Positions 36,464 through 46,872 of a stretch of 64,000 nt of DNA are shown piece by piece. This DNA comes from an uncultured Rikenellaceae bacterium. GTDB lineage: Bacteria > Bacteroidota > Bacteroidia > Bacteroidales > VadinHA17. The DNA is taken from assembly GCA_964633195.1 (NCBI GenBank), contig CAZWFL010000010.1, positions 21,732 through 85,731 on the forward strand. Reading direction: 5' to 3'. Both the position numbers and the translations under genes were made by a program. Each line of letters opens with the position of its first letter. Positions within the stretch are counted from its first letter, which is position 1. Below the pieces are notes generated by a model. It was not told the origin of the DNA, searched no databases, and was given only the letters and a program-made list of their open reading frames with translations.

Positions 36464-37501
36464 ATGACAGAGGAAAGATCTGATATTGAAAAAGTTGAAA
36501 CCTATTACTCGGGAGATTATTCTGAAAAAGACCTGTCGATTATTGCTTCGTTATTTTGCGACAGTACTAGAGAAGAGGACCTGAAGCATATTCTCAGGGT
36601 TCAGTGGTATGAGCTGTTTAAGCAGGAGATTAAAGAAGAGAAAAATTTTGATCATGTTTTACACAGGATCCATTATGAAATAAATACGAGGGATGAAAAA
36701 AACAGAAAAAAGGATACGATATTAAGGATAGCCAGATGGTTTTCAAGAGTTGCGGCAATACTTATAATCCCCCTGGCTATCTATTCAGGAATTCAGTTTT
36801 TTGGAACTACCATAAAAGATGATCTGGCCTGGGTGGAGGTCAAAGCGCCGGCTTGGACACGTGCACAATTCAGTTTACCTGATGGTACAACAGGCTGGCT
36901 GAATAGTAATTCGAGCATAAGATATTCTGGGAATTTTAATAATAATCGTCAGTTATGGCTGAACGGAGAAGCCTTTTTTGATGTCATCAAAGATGTGAGG
37001 AAACCGTTTAAGGTCGAAACAGATGAGATAATTTTCACCGTTTTAGGCACCAGATTTAACATTGCTTCATATGATAATGAGAATGTTGTCGAAATAGTAC
37101 TTGAAGAGGGGGAAGTGGTTTGTTATAATAAGGAGCTGACAAAATCTTGTGCCCTTAAGCCAAATGATTATTTATCGTTTGATAAAAAACAAAAAATATT
37201 TAAGATTGAGACTGTCCAAGCAGAAAAATACTCTTCCTGGAAAGAAGGGAAACTTATTTTTCGTAACGATCCCATTGAGGTTATTGCCAGAAGACTGGAA
37301 AGATGGTATAATATAGAGGTTGAGGTCAGGGATAAATTAACTAATCATAACGGGCTCTGGGCTACTTTTATAGATGAAAACCTTGAAGAAGTTTTGAGAT
37401 TATTGCAACTTAGCTTACCTATTAAGTATAAGATTGAAAATCCTCAAATGCAACCAGATGGGGTTTATAGCAAAACAAAAGTAATCATAACCAGAACTTA
37501 A
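36464..37501 (+). CDS. FecR-family anti-sigma factor
   Basis: 345 aa. Cytoplasmic N-terminus, one TM (VAAILIIPLAIYSGIQFF), periplasmic FecR-like domain. Confidence 0.85.
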   Translation: MTEERSDIEKVETYYSGDYSEKDLSIIASLFCDSTREEDLKHILRVQWYELFKQEIKEEKNFDHVLHRIHYEINTRDEKNRKKDTILRIARWFSRVAAILIIPLAIYSGIQFFGTTIKDDLAWVEVKAPAWTRAQFSLPDGTTGWLNSNSSIRYSGNFNNNRQLWLNGEAFFDVIKDVRKPFKVETDEIIFTVLGTRFNIASYDNENVVEIVLEEGEVVCYNKELTKSCALKPNDYLSFDKKQKIFKIETVQAEKYSSWKEGKLIFRNDPIEVIARRLERWYNIEVEVRDKLTNHNGLWATFIDENLEEVLRLLQLSLPIKYKIENPQMQPDGVYSKTKVIITRT

Positions 37502-37699
37502 TTAACCTATTACTAACCTGAAAAACCTGTTGCCTATGTAATAAACAAATGAAAAAAAAGGGAAGCGATTGGAGCGCTTCCCTGGGAACAATGCTAAGTT
37601 ACTATCGTTTTATAATAACCTAACTTAAAACTTTGCGAATTTATGGAAAAAATTTATGATTTAAGGGTCATTTGCGACCCTATTCTAAAAAAACTAATC

Positions 37700-40600
37700 A
37701 TGGAAATAAAAATTGCATTTTTGATTATTATGGTTAGTGTCTCCAATCTGCTTGCAACCGACACTTATTCTCAGGTTGCAAAAGTCTCACTTGACATGGA
37801 GAACAGAAGCCTTGAACAGGTAATGGATGAAATTGAAAAGCAGAGCGAATTCTATTTTATCTTTAACCAGAAACAGATTGATGTTCATAGAATTGTGGAC
37901 ATCCAGGCAGATAATAGGCTTATAACTGATATTCTGCCAGAATTATTTAAAGGAACTAGCGTACACTATGCAGTTTTTGACAGAAAAATTTTGTTAACCA
38001 CAGACCCTCTTGAAGAAAATCATAAAACAGTTAGAATAATAACTGAACTTCAACAGAAACAGGTGGTTACCGGTACTGTTATTGATTCAGATGGGGTGCC
38101 TCTCCCCGGCGTTAATATCCTTGTTGTTGGAACACCTGTGGGTGTAATAACAGATATTAATGGTAAGTATAGCATTGAAATTCCTCAAGGAGCCAGAAGT
38201 CTGAGATTTACTTTTATTGGAATGGTACCACAGGAAATCATCATTGGAGCACAAACACAAATAGATGTTACATTGGCTTTATCAGCAGTAGGATTGGAAG
38301 AAGTAGTAGTTGTAGGTTATGGAACGCAAAGAGTAGGCACAATAACAGGAAGTGTTTCCACCGTGAAGGAAGACCAGGTTACAAAGGTATCTGTTCCAAC
38401 TGTATCACAAGCATTGCAGGGGAAGACATCCGGGGTATTTATTAAAAATGTTTCCGGGCAACCAAGTGATAGTAAAGTGCAGATAAACATTCGTGGTTTT
38501 GGAACACCCCTCATAATAATTGACGGCATGCCTGCAACTTTAACAGATTTTCAGGAATTAAATCCGAATGATATTGAAGATATGAGCATTTTAAAGGATG
38601 CTGCGGCATCAGCTGTTTATGGAGCAAGGGCAGGTAATGGAGTAATAATTATTAAAACTAAGCGTGGAATACTTTCTAAACCTCAAGTGACTTTCACCAG
38701 CGATTACTCAGCACAGTATCTTTTACCATTCTCACTCCCTAAACCCATCGATTCACATCAGTGGATGGAACTCAGAAATTGGTCTGAGATAACTCATGGT
38801 CGGACACCAACATTTTCACGGGAACTAATTGAATTATACAGACAACATGCTGATGGGTCTGAGCCTATTTTATATCCAAATGTCAATATGTATGAAGAAG
38901 CCCTGAAAGATTATGCCCCGATGTATACAGGCAACTTGTCTTTAAGAGGAGGCTCACAAAATGTCTCATATTTCTTATCAGGAAACTATTTACACCAGCG
39001 TGATATACTTGTGGCGGATGAGACTGCTTACAATCGACTGTCATTACGGTCCAATACCGATGCAAATGTAACTGAAAAATTAAAAATATCGGTTGATGTA
39101 TCTTTCCAAAACAGGGATTTTATTGGCCCCAGAAGCTCAATGGAAGGAGAAGGGAGCTGGCAGCAAGGACAATCAGTTACTGGAAGATTACGCCGTTGGC
39201 GGCCATTTCATACTATAGAACCTATTCCAGGCCATCCTGATAAACCAAGAGGAGCGGTGGGCGGTGCTACAATCAACCCGCTTAATATACAGCGAATAGA
39301 TCTTTCAGGTTATAACAGCTATAATGTTACAGCGTTTGACACCAAAATCACCATGGATTATATTCTCCCATTTGGATTTTCTACGAAATACACTTTTAAT
39401 TATTATAATAATCATCGCCGTAATAAAATAAATCAAAAACTGGGGGAAGAATATAATTACAATGAAGAAACAGGTGAAGCATTTTGGGTGCGTAATAATA
39501 ATTCCAGAAAATTTGTGAGGCAGGGGGATATTATATCTAAGAATATTAATATGCAGTGGTTCTTGAACTATGATCACACGTTCGCAGGGAAACATGGATT
39601 AACAGGGCTACTTGTAGCTGAGTATTTATCAGACACATATGATATGTACGAGGCTTGGCGACTTGATTATGATTTTGATATGGATCACTTGTTTGCAGGG
39701 CCGGAAGGAAAACAGTTTAATACCAGTGCGATGAGGGAAGGAGGAAGGATGGGATTTATTGGCAAGCTTGCTTATAATTATGCCGGGAAATATAGTATTG
39801 AGGCAAGTGCAAGGTATGATGGTTCTCCTCAGTTTCCGGAAGAGACAAGGTGGGGTTTCTTTCCATCAGTATCGGTTGCCTGGCTGATTTCAAAAGAATC
39901 GTTTATAGCCAATAGCGCTTCATTGGCATTTATAAGTAACCTAAAACTAAGGGCTTCGTACGGAAGACTTGGTTATGATGGAGCAGGAGACTGGCAATAT
40001 TTAGCAACTTACCGTTTTGCCTCACCTTACATTTATTCAGGCAGTGACGCTGTCAGGGGAATAAGGACCGATGCAATACCCAATCCTTATATTACCTGGG
40101 AAAAGATGGATTTAGCAAATATTGGAATGGATTTTTATCTATTTAAGGGTGTAATAAGTGGTACATTCGATATTTTTCAGAGAAATCGGACTGACGTACT
40201 AGGTACTCGTTTAAGAGAAATTCCAAACATTGTTGGAGCGACTATGCCAAATGAAAATTACCGTGAATTTCAAAACAGAGGGTGGGATTTGATGTTAAAC
40301 CACGAAAACAGTAAAGGTCATTTTGTTTATAATATCGGTGCTAATCTATCTTGGAATCGTGAAGTAGTTAAAGTAATTGACGAGCCGGATTTCGCAACTA
40401 TGGATTTATGGCGAAGGAATTCACAGATTGGGAGGGCCTCTGACAGAGTACTTTTATATCCAAGTGAAGGCCTCTTCAGGTCTCAGGAACAGATTGATTC
40501 ATGGGCTGATATAGATGGTAGAAATAATGCAACTATTAAACCTGGTGATATTAAATGGGTTGACACCAATGGAGATGGTAGAATTACACAAGAGGACATG

Positions 40601-41137
40601 ATAGCCTGGAACAGAGGTGACATGCCCAGATTTACCGGAGGTATTAATGCAACCGCCAGCTATAAAGGATTTGAGGTATTTATGGCCTGGCAGGGTGCTG
40701 CCTTATTTGGTTTCGATCTTCGGCGAACTGAATATGTTCGACCCTGGTGTTGTGATGGGATGCCATTCCAACACATGTTCTATGATAGCTACATACCTGA
40801 AGGCAGTGAATGGATGCCGGCCAATCTTGATGCGAAATACCCAAGGCCGTTAATTAACAATTCTCATAGGAATTGGATGCACAATCAAGAATTTTGGTGG
40901 ATTGACGGCAAGTACCTTAGACTTAAACAGCTACAGTTAAGTTACACCCTACCACAACAATTAACCAGCCGATTTGGAGTAGAAAGGTTCAGAGTCTATG
41001 TATCTGGAACTAATCTGATCACATTCTCGACTAATGATTTTACTGATCCTGAGATAGATACCAATCCTAAACAAACCGTAGGTTTTTATCATCCGCAGAT
41101 GGGATCATATAATTTCGGATTAGAACTTAGTTTTTAA
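37700..41137 (+). CDS. SusC/RagA-family TonB-dependent transporter with an N-terminal STN signalling domain
   Basis: The track start is 37643; ATG 37700 (MEIKIAFLII) gives a signal peptide. STN-like segment (LEQVMDEIEKQSEFYFIF), CarboxypepD_reg-like domain (VTGTVIDSDGVPLPGVNILV), plug (VVVGYGTQR) and a C-terminal ...LELSF. Confidence 0.9.
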   Translation: MEIKIAFLIIMVSVSNLLATDTYSQVAKVSLDMENRSLEQVMDEIEKQSEFYFIFNQKQIDVHRIVDIQADNRLITDILPELFKGTSVHYAVFDRKILLTTDPLEENHKTVRIITELQQKQVVTGTVIDSDGVPLPGVNILVVGTPVGVITDINGKYSIEIPQGARSLRFTFIGMVPQEIIIGAQTQIDVTLALSAVGLEEVVVVGYGTQRVGTITGSVSTVKEDQVTKVSVPTVSQALQGKTSGVFIKNVSGQPSDSKVQINIRGFGTPLIIIDGMPATLTDFQELNPNDIEDMSILKDAAASAVYGARAGNGVIIIKTKRGILSKPQVTFTSDYSAQYLLPFSLPKPIDSHQWMELRNWSEITHGRTPTFSRELIELYRQHADGSEPILYPNVNMYEEALKDYAPMYTGNLSLRGGSQNVSYFLSGNYLHQRDILVADETAYNRLSLRSNTDANVTEKLKISVDVSFQNRDFIGPRSSMEGEGSWQQGQSVTGRLRRWRPFHTIEPIPGHPDKPRGAVGGATINPLNIQRIDLSGYNSYNVTAFDTKITMDYILPFGFSTKYTFNYYNNHRRNKINQKLGEEYNYNEETGEAFWVRNNNSRKFVRQGDIISKNINMQWFLNYDHTFAGKHGLTGLLVAEYLSDTYDMYEAWRLDYDFDMDHLFAGPEGKQFNTSAMREGGRMGFIGKLAYNYAGKYSIEASARYDGSPQFPEETRWGFFPSVSVAWLISKESFIANSASLAFISNLKLRASYGRLGYDGAGDWQYLATYRFASPYIYSGSDAVRGIRTDAIPNPYITWEKMDLANIGMDFYLFKGVISGTFDIFQRNRTDVLGTRLREIPNIVGATMPNENYREFQNRGWDLMLNHENSKGHFVYNIGANLSWNREVVKVIDEPDFATMDLWRRNSQIGRASDRVLLYPSEGLFRSQEQIDSWADIDGRNNATIKPGDIKWVDTNGDGRITQEDMIAWNRGDMPRFTGGINATASYKGFEVFMAWQGAALFGFDLRRTEYVRPWCCDGMPFQHMFYDSYIPEGSEWMPANLDAKYPRPLINNSHRNWMHNQEFWWIDGKYLRLKQLQLSYTLPQQLTSRFGVERFRVYVSGTNLITFSTNDFTDPEIDTNPKQTVGFYHPQMGSYNFGLELSF

Positions 41138-41154
41138 TAATATAAATTAAAAAT

Positions 41155-42888
41155 ATGAAAAAATTACTTATATCATTGATGCCAATATTATTTTTATTAG
41201 GCTCGTGTGAAGATATTTTTGAAAGGACGCCATTGGATAAAATCAGTGATTCTGATGTATGGCAACAGGAAGCATTAATGCGTGCATATCTGACAGATAT
41301 TTATGCCCGTTTACCCTGGCAATCATATGACATGAACGATCGTTATACTGATTTTGGAACAGAACGATTTGGTAATTTTACCAGTATTACACAAGGCACT
41401 GTTTCCAGGACAAGTGAGAGTATGGCTTATTGGGACTATGTGATTATAAGAGACATGAATGTCTTCCTCGAAAAAATGGTTGACTCTCCTGTTTCTGAGC
41501 AGGTGAAAAAGCAAATGGAAGGTGAGGTAAGAACGATGAGGGCATGGGTATATTTTGAGAAACAAAAGCGGTATGGGGGTGTGCCTTTAGTAGATGTTGT
41601 TCTTGATCCATTTGCTGAGATCGATGAAAAATATTCAAAGCGGACGTCTGAAGAGGCCATTGCCGATTTTATTGATTCGGAATTTACTACAGCAATTAAT
41701 CTTTTAAAAGACGACCACACCTCATTAGGCCAGATTAATAAATGGGTTGCTTATGCATTTAAAGCCAGAGCTAACTTGTGGGCAGCCTCAATAGCAAAGT
41801 ATAGTACAGTTCAAATTGATGGGATTGTTGGAATTCCTCCCGGAAGAGCAGACGAGTTTTACAGGAAAGCGGCAGATGCAGCGGATGCCATTATTAAATC
41901 CGGCAAGTATTCTCTTTTTAATAAGATTCCTGACAGAACAGAGAATTATTACAGATTATTCTTTGAGGACGGTGATAATCCGGAAGTAATTTTTGCCAGA
42001 TTATTTGATGGAGTGAATATAGGTCATGCCTATACACAAAGCAATGTTGCCACAAGATACTCATCAGGCCAGGGATCTTCGCTTCATCCCACACTAGAAC
42101 TTTGCCATTTTTATGAAAATATAGATGGCACTACAGACCAGCCTGAAATTGGTCCGGACCATTTATATGAAAATGGATTGGAGCTGTTTTCTAAAAAAGA
42201 TCCAAGACTCCGGGCAACAGTGTTCTTTCAGGGAGAAGAATTCAGAGGTGATATAATTCGTACCTATGATGGATTAGATCCAAGTCCGGTTCCAGATCCG
42301 GGTAGCATTATAGCAGACTGGACATATTCCTACCAGGGATTTCCCTCGGTAGGAGAAGACAGTAGACTACAGCAAAGTCATAACCGAACCCAATCCGGCT
42401 TCTTAACACGAAAATACATAAGAGATTTTGGGGATATTTTTGAATCCGCTATAGATGTTATCAGCTGGAAATATTTCAGATTGGCGGAAATGTATCTGAC
42501 TATAGCTGAAGCCGAATTTGAGTTGGGGAACATGCCTCAAGCAGTTGCCGCTTTGAACATGACCCGCGAAAGAGCAGGAATAAGTTTGGTTGATGAGACA
42601 ACGATTACACTTGACCACATAAGAAAAGAAAGGTCGGTTGAATTTGCGTGGGAAGGTTTTCGTTGGTGGGATTTAAGGAGATGGCGAACTGCTGAAAGTA
42701 TTCTGCAACGCGATATACCAGTTCAGGGACTAAGGATTATTTTGCATTATGAAACCGGTAAATTTTACTTTTTACCTCTTGATGCAGAATCTTATACACG
42801 TATTTTCAAACCAGAGCATTATTATAATCCAATAACTGAACAGCGAATAGAGAATAATCATAATTTGGTTGAAAATCCTCTTTATTGA
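41155..42888 (+). CDS. SusD/RagB-family nutrient-binding lipoprotein
   Basis: 577 aa. Lipobox LLGSC. SusD-typical C-terminal region (ERSVEFAWEGFRWWDLRRW). Immediately follows SusC. Confidence 0.9.
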   Translation: MKKLLISLMPILFLLGSCEDIFERTPLDKISDSDVWQQEALMRAYLTDIYARLPWQSYDMNDRYTDFGTERFGNFTSITQGTVSRTSESMAYWDYVIIRDMNVFLEKMVDSPVSEQVKKQMEGEVRTMRAWVYFEKQKRYGGVPLVDVVLDPFAEIDEKYSKRTSEEAIADFIDSEFTTAINLLKDDHTSLGQINKWVAYAFKARANLWAASIAKYSTVQIDGIVGIPPGRADEFYRKAADAADAIIKSGKYSLFNKIPDRTENYYRLFFEDGDNPEVIFARLFDGVNIGHAYTQSNVATRYSSGQGSSLHPTLELCHFYENIDGTTDQPEIGPDHLYENGLELFSKKDPRLRATVFFQGEEFRGDIIRTYDGLDPSPVPDPGSIIADWTYSYQGFPSVGEDSRLQQSHNRTQSGFLTRKYIRDFGDIFESAIDVISWKYFRLAEMYLTIAEAEFELGNMPQAVAALNMTRERAGISLVDETTITLDHIRKERSVEFAWEGFRWWDLRRWRTAESILQRDIPVQGLRIILHYETGKFYFLPLDAESYTRIFKPEHYYNPITEQRIENNHNLVENPLY

Positions 42889-42944
42889 TTGAGATCTATA
42901 GTATAAATAGCGTGTTAGATTTTTTAATTAATAAAACATATAAG

Positions 42945-43619
42945 ATGGATAAGTTAAATAAAGTAAAATATATGGCTGTGGTAATTGGCTTAGTTTTCCT
43001 CGTATTAGGTTGTGAAGACCTTGAACCAACATTTACAGGCCAGATTAGTGGAAAGATCCTGGATCAAAATGGGAATATTGTTTCCGGAGATGTTACTTCA
43101 GATGATCTTTTAGTATTAGCACTTGGAGAAAATGATTTCCAGGAAATGAGAATTCGCGTATTGGGTGATGGCACATATACTAACACTTATTTGTATGCCC
43201 AAACTTATGATGTATGGGTTACTGGAGCTATATCAGCTCCCGCAAAAGTGACTTTTGATTTAAGAAAAGGCCCAGTTAAGCATGATATTATTGTTACACC
43301 TTTTCTGACTATTCCACCACCAACCTTAGTTGGAAGCCCTTCTGCGGATAAAGTAACGATAAGTTACAGTATTACGGGAAATGAGGGACATATAGCAGAA
43401 GAGAGGGCAATTTATGTTAGTACGGTAAGTTATCCGAGCAGGAACACTGGCAGTGGTGCCGAATGGACAACAATTAGAAAAACTGTGGCTGAGGACTCTG
43501 GCGATCTAACTATAGAAGGACTTAAATCTGGCACTAATTATTTTGTTCGCGTGACTGCACGAGCAATAGGAACTTCCAGATGGAATCTAAGTGATCAGAT
43601 TAAGTTTACTACCCCATAA
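42945..43619 (+). CDS. DUF3823-like PUL-associated lipoprotein
   Basis: ATG 42945 gives MDKLNKVKYMAVVIGLVFLVLGC (lipobox). An N-terminal carboxypeptidase-regulatory-like beta-sandwich (ISGKILDQNGNIVSG) is followed by an FN3-like C-terminus. Confidence 0.5.
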   Translation: MDKLNKVKYMAVVIGLVFLVLGCEDLEPTFTGQISGKILDQNGNIVSGDVTSDDLLVLALGENDFQEMRIRVLGDGTYTNTYLYAQTYDVWVTGAISAPAKVTFDLRKGPVKHDIIVTPFLTIPPPTLVGSPSADKVTISYSITGNEGHIAEERAIYVSTVSYPSRNTGSGAEWTTIRKTVAEDSGDLTIEGLKSGTNYFVRVTARAIGTSRWNLSDQIKFTTP

Positions 43620-43867
43620 CCACTATTTTACATTAAACAAATAGTGAAGTCACTAAATTGAATTATAAATTGGAAGTTTGGTGTGATTAGTATAATAGCA
43701 ATTTTCTGCTAGACAAGCACAAAAAGAGAATTATTTTTTCACACCAAGCTTTTTTAAATCCTGAACTTCAATATATCATGGGGTAATAGGTGTTCTTTTA
43801 GAACACGTTAGGGAATTCACTTATTGAAATACAGTATTTAATTTAGTATGATTCTAAATTGTAAAAT

Positions 43868-45181
43868 ATGAGAAAAATTTTGTTTTTATTATCATGTTTG
43901 CTTTTAATAATGAGCAACCCGCTGGTTATCAGTGGTCAGGAAACAAAGCCTCGCGTTATTGTAATGACAGATGGAGAAATTGATGATCGCAGTTCGATGG
44001 TTCGGTTTTTGCTTTACACGAATGATATTGAACTTCTTGCGATAATTCAAACAAGTTCAGTATACCAACGCCAGGGATGGAGCAAGGATAAATGGATTGA
44101 AGCACAAATTGACGCTTACGAGAAGGTTTACCCAAATTTAAAAATTCACGACCCTTCCTATCCGACTGCGGATTACTTAAGGAGCGTATTATATATTGGG
44201 GATGAAGTTGAGGAACATCTGGTTGTGGATCGGGCATCTAACAGGCGGTTCCCGGGGATGGACCCGGTAATTGATCCGGCAGGCTGGCCAGACACACCAG
44301 GGTCAGACAAGATCGTGGAGATTTTGTTGCAAGATGATCCCAGGCTAGTTTATATTCAGGCATGGGGAGGGGGTAATACGGCTGCGAGAGCATTTCATAA
44401 GTTGAAGACCCAATATCCGGCTGATTATGACAGAGCTGTATCGAAAGCCGTCATGTATCACATCTGGTATCAGGATGGGGCAGGAAATTATATTGAAAGA
44501 TACCATCCAAAAGTGACAATGGTGCTCAGTTACTTTTTTTCTGGAACATGGGATTACGGTAGTCAGAGATATACATTTCAGTTTGTTGAAGATTATGTAA
44601 AGAATAATCACGGGCCCCTTGGAGCTCTTTATCCACAGGATTACATAAGTGAGGGAGATTCACCGGCGTATCTGTATTCGATAGCCAATGGACTCAGGAG
44701 TCATGAGAATCCGACGTATGGAGGATGGGGAGGTCGTTTTTACAATGTCTATGGAAACGTATACAGGGATGTTTCGAAAGGGTCTTATCTTAAGTGGGTT
44801 GAATTTGCGAACAGGGATTTTGAGGCAAGAATGAAGTGGTGTGTTGCTAACAAGTATGAAGATGCTAATCACAGGCCGGTAGTAAAAGTAAAAGGAGAAT
44901 TGGACAGGACTGTACGATCAGGGGAGCCTGTGGAATTGTTCGCAGAGATCAATGATCCTGATGGACAACGCACTTCTCCTTTGTGGTGGCAGTTCAAAGA
45001 GGCCGGAACATACGATGGAATGGTAGAAACTTCTGATCCAAGGGCCAATAATATTAGTTTTGTTGCTCCGTATGTTGCCAGGCCGAGTACGATCCATATG
45101 ATTATAGAGGCTTCAGACCGGGGCAGTCCAAGCCTTACATCATTTAAAAGGGTAATAATTACGGTTATACCAGCATTTTAG
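43868..45181 (+). CDS. DUF1593 protein (nucleoside-hydrolase-like N-domain plus Ig-like C-domain), secreted; paralogue A
   Basis: 437 aa with a signal peptide. Motifs PRVIVMTDGEIDDRSS, AWGGGNT, EGDSPAYLY, GGWGGRF, RDFEARMKWC and DANHRPV are shared with four other ORFs in the locus. Confidence 0.8.
   Translation: MRKILFLLSCLLLIMSNPLVISGQETKPRVIVMTDGEIDDRSSMVRFLLYTNDIELLAIIQTSSVYQRQGWSKDKWIEAQIDAYEKVYPNLKIHDPSYPTADYLRSVLYIGDEVEEHLVVDRASNRRFPGMDPVIDPAGWPDTPGSDKIVEILLQDDPRLVYIQAWGGGNTAARAFHKLKTQYPADYDRAVSKAVMYHIWYQDGAGNYIERYHPKVTMVLSYFFSGTWDYGSQRYTFQFVEDYVKNNHGPLGALYPQDYISEGDSPAYLYSIANGLRSHENPTYGGWGGRFYNVYGNVYRDVSKGSYLKWVEFANRDFEARMKWCVANKYEDANHRPVVKVKGELDRTVRSGEPVELFAEINDPDGQRTSPLWWQFKEAGTYDGMVETSDPRANNISFVAPYVARPSTIHMIIEASDRGSPSLTSFKRVIITVIPAF
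44252..44829. repeat. 578-bp tract 100% identical to 57962-58539
   Basis: Line-by-line comparison at a fixed offset of 13710 nt. First mismatches are at 44251/57961 (c/t) and 44830/58540 (a/g). The flanks are clearly diverged. Confidence 0.95.
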
Positions 45182-45302
45182 TGCTCTGCTTTTGGTATCA
45201 GTTGGCTTTCATTCACAATCTGTGTTACTTCAAAGTGAACTAATTATTGATTGAGGATCGAAAACATAAAATGAAATAGTTTATTAAACTAACAAATTAA
45301 AA

Positions 45303-46841
45303 ATGAACAAATTAATTTACAGCATAATTATTGTTGCCTTTTTCGTATCCTGTAATCAGAAAAATGCAAATATTGAACAGTGGGATGTCTTTGAGATCAC
45401 ACTAAACGGGCCATCTGAGGGAAATCCCTACATGGAGGTTGAGTTGTCAGCGGTTTTCACCGGTAGTGGTGAAAATATTACCGTCCCCGGGTTTTATGAC
45501 GGGAACGGGACCTACCGTATCAGGTTTTCCCCACCCGCTCAGGGTAACTGGAAATACCGGACTTCAGGCAATGTTCCTGAACTTATCGATAAAAAAGGGA
45601 AGTTCAGTTGTATAAAACCTTCCGGTAAAAACCATGGTCCCGTGAAGGTAGTCAATACTTATTACCTGGAATATGCCGACGGAGCGCCTTTCTATTCTGT
45701 CGGGACGACTGCCTATCAGTGGACAAGTGTAAAGCAGAGTATTCAGGATAAAACAATTGAAACCCTTTCTGAGGCTCCTTTCGACAAGATGAGGATGTGT
45801 GTTTTCCCAAAATGGTACAGATACGGGAACGATACTGAGCCATGGATCTACCCATATAAAAGAGAAGAGGGAAAGAATGATTTCACACAGCCCAATTATG
45901 AATTCTTTCAAAACTTCGACAGGAGGGTTAAACAACTTATGGAAATGGGAATTGAAGCCGATGTGATATTGTTCCATGAATATGACAACTGGGGTTATTT
46001 TGAGATGGGAAATGAGATGAATGAAAGATATGTGCGTTACATGATTGCCCGGATTTCTGCTTACAGGAACGTTTGGTGGTCGCTCGCAAATGAATGGGAT
46101 ATCCCAAGACTTAAAGTCGCAATAGACTGGGAGGGGATCGGAACGCTTCTCCATGATGAGGATCCTCATCAGCGTTTACGCGGGATACACAACTGGCATG
46201 GTTCAGAAGATCATTTCTATGATCATTCACGTCCATGGATCACCCATGTAAGTGCCCAGACTTCGCAGTTTTATAATGCAATCAAGTGGCGGGAGCAGTA
46301 CAATAAGCCTCTGCTCTTCGACGAGATGCGCTACGAAGGGGATGTCCCGAGCGGGTGGGGTAACCTGACCGCTCAGGAGATGACCAGTTATTTCTGGATG
46401 GCCGGGCTGAGCGGAGGCTATGGAACTCATGGCGATACCTTCAGTAACAACTCCGACGATTCTACGGAGGTACGCTGGTGGGGAAAAGGAGGGACTCTTC
46501 CCGGGAAGAGCCCTGAAAGGATCAGTTTCTTCAGGTCGGTTATGGAACAGGCTCCGGTTACAGAGATGAAGCCTGAGCTTATAGATAATGGCGATCCGGC
46601 AAACCTGAATAATAATATCCATGTTTTTTCAAAGGCGGGAGAGTATTACCTGGTCTATGTTGCAGATGCGGATATGAATATTGAGGTTAATCTTTCAGGT
46701 GATACTGATTATAATCTGGATATTATAGACACCTGGGACATGAAAATTGTCAGCCAGTCTACTGTTAAGCAAGGGGTATATAATTACTTAACGATATTAC
46801 CCTATACTGCATTAAGATTTCAAATCAACGGGGATGAGTAA
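45303..46841 (+). CDS. DUF5060/DUF4038-type glycoside hydrolase (GH140 apiosidase-like), lipoprotein; copy 1
   Basis: 512 aa. N-terminal beta-sandwich WDVFEITLNGPSEGNP...FYDGNGTYRIRF, then a TIM-barrel-like region with MRMCVFPKWY and WSLANEWD (clan GH-A acid/base-type NE). Confidence 0.65.
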   Translation: MNKLIYSIIIVAFFVSCNQKNANIEQWDVFEITLNGPSEGNPYMEVELSAVFTGSGENITVPGFYDGNGTYRIRFSPPAQGNWKYRTSGNVPELIDKKGKFSCIKPSGKNHGPVKVVNTYYLEYADGAPFYSVGTTAYQWTSVKQSIQDKTIETLSEAPFDKMRMCVFPKWYRYGNDTEPWIYPYKREEGKNDFTQPNYEFFQNFDRRVKQLMEMGIEADVILFHEYDNWGYFEMGNEMNERYVRYMIARISAYRNVWWSLANEWDIPRLKVAIDWEGIGTLLHDEDPHQRLRGIHNWHGSEDHFYDHSRPWITHVSAQTSQFYNAIKWREQYNKPLLFDEMRYEGDVPSGWGNLTAQEMTSYFWMAGLSGGYGTHGDTFSNNSDDSTEVRWWGKGGTLPGKSPERISFFRSVMEQAPVTEMKPELIDNGDPANLNNNIHVFSKAGEYYLVYVADADMNIEVNLSGDTDYNLDIIDTWDMKIVSQSTVKQGVYNYLTILPYTALRFQINGDE

Positions 46842-46872
46842 TGAGCAATTAATTTAAATAAACTTACCAATT

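Noticed and set aside
44345-44611. Identical 88-aa minus-strand ORFs at 44345..44611 and 58055..58321 (possible repeated small gene or IS fragment)
   Set aside because: They are antisense shadows of the 578-bp identical tract within the two DUF1593 genes. There are no terminal repeats or transposase features.
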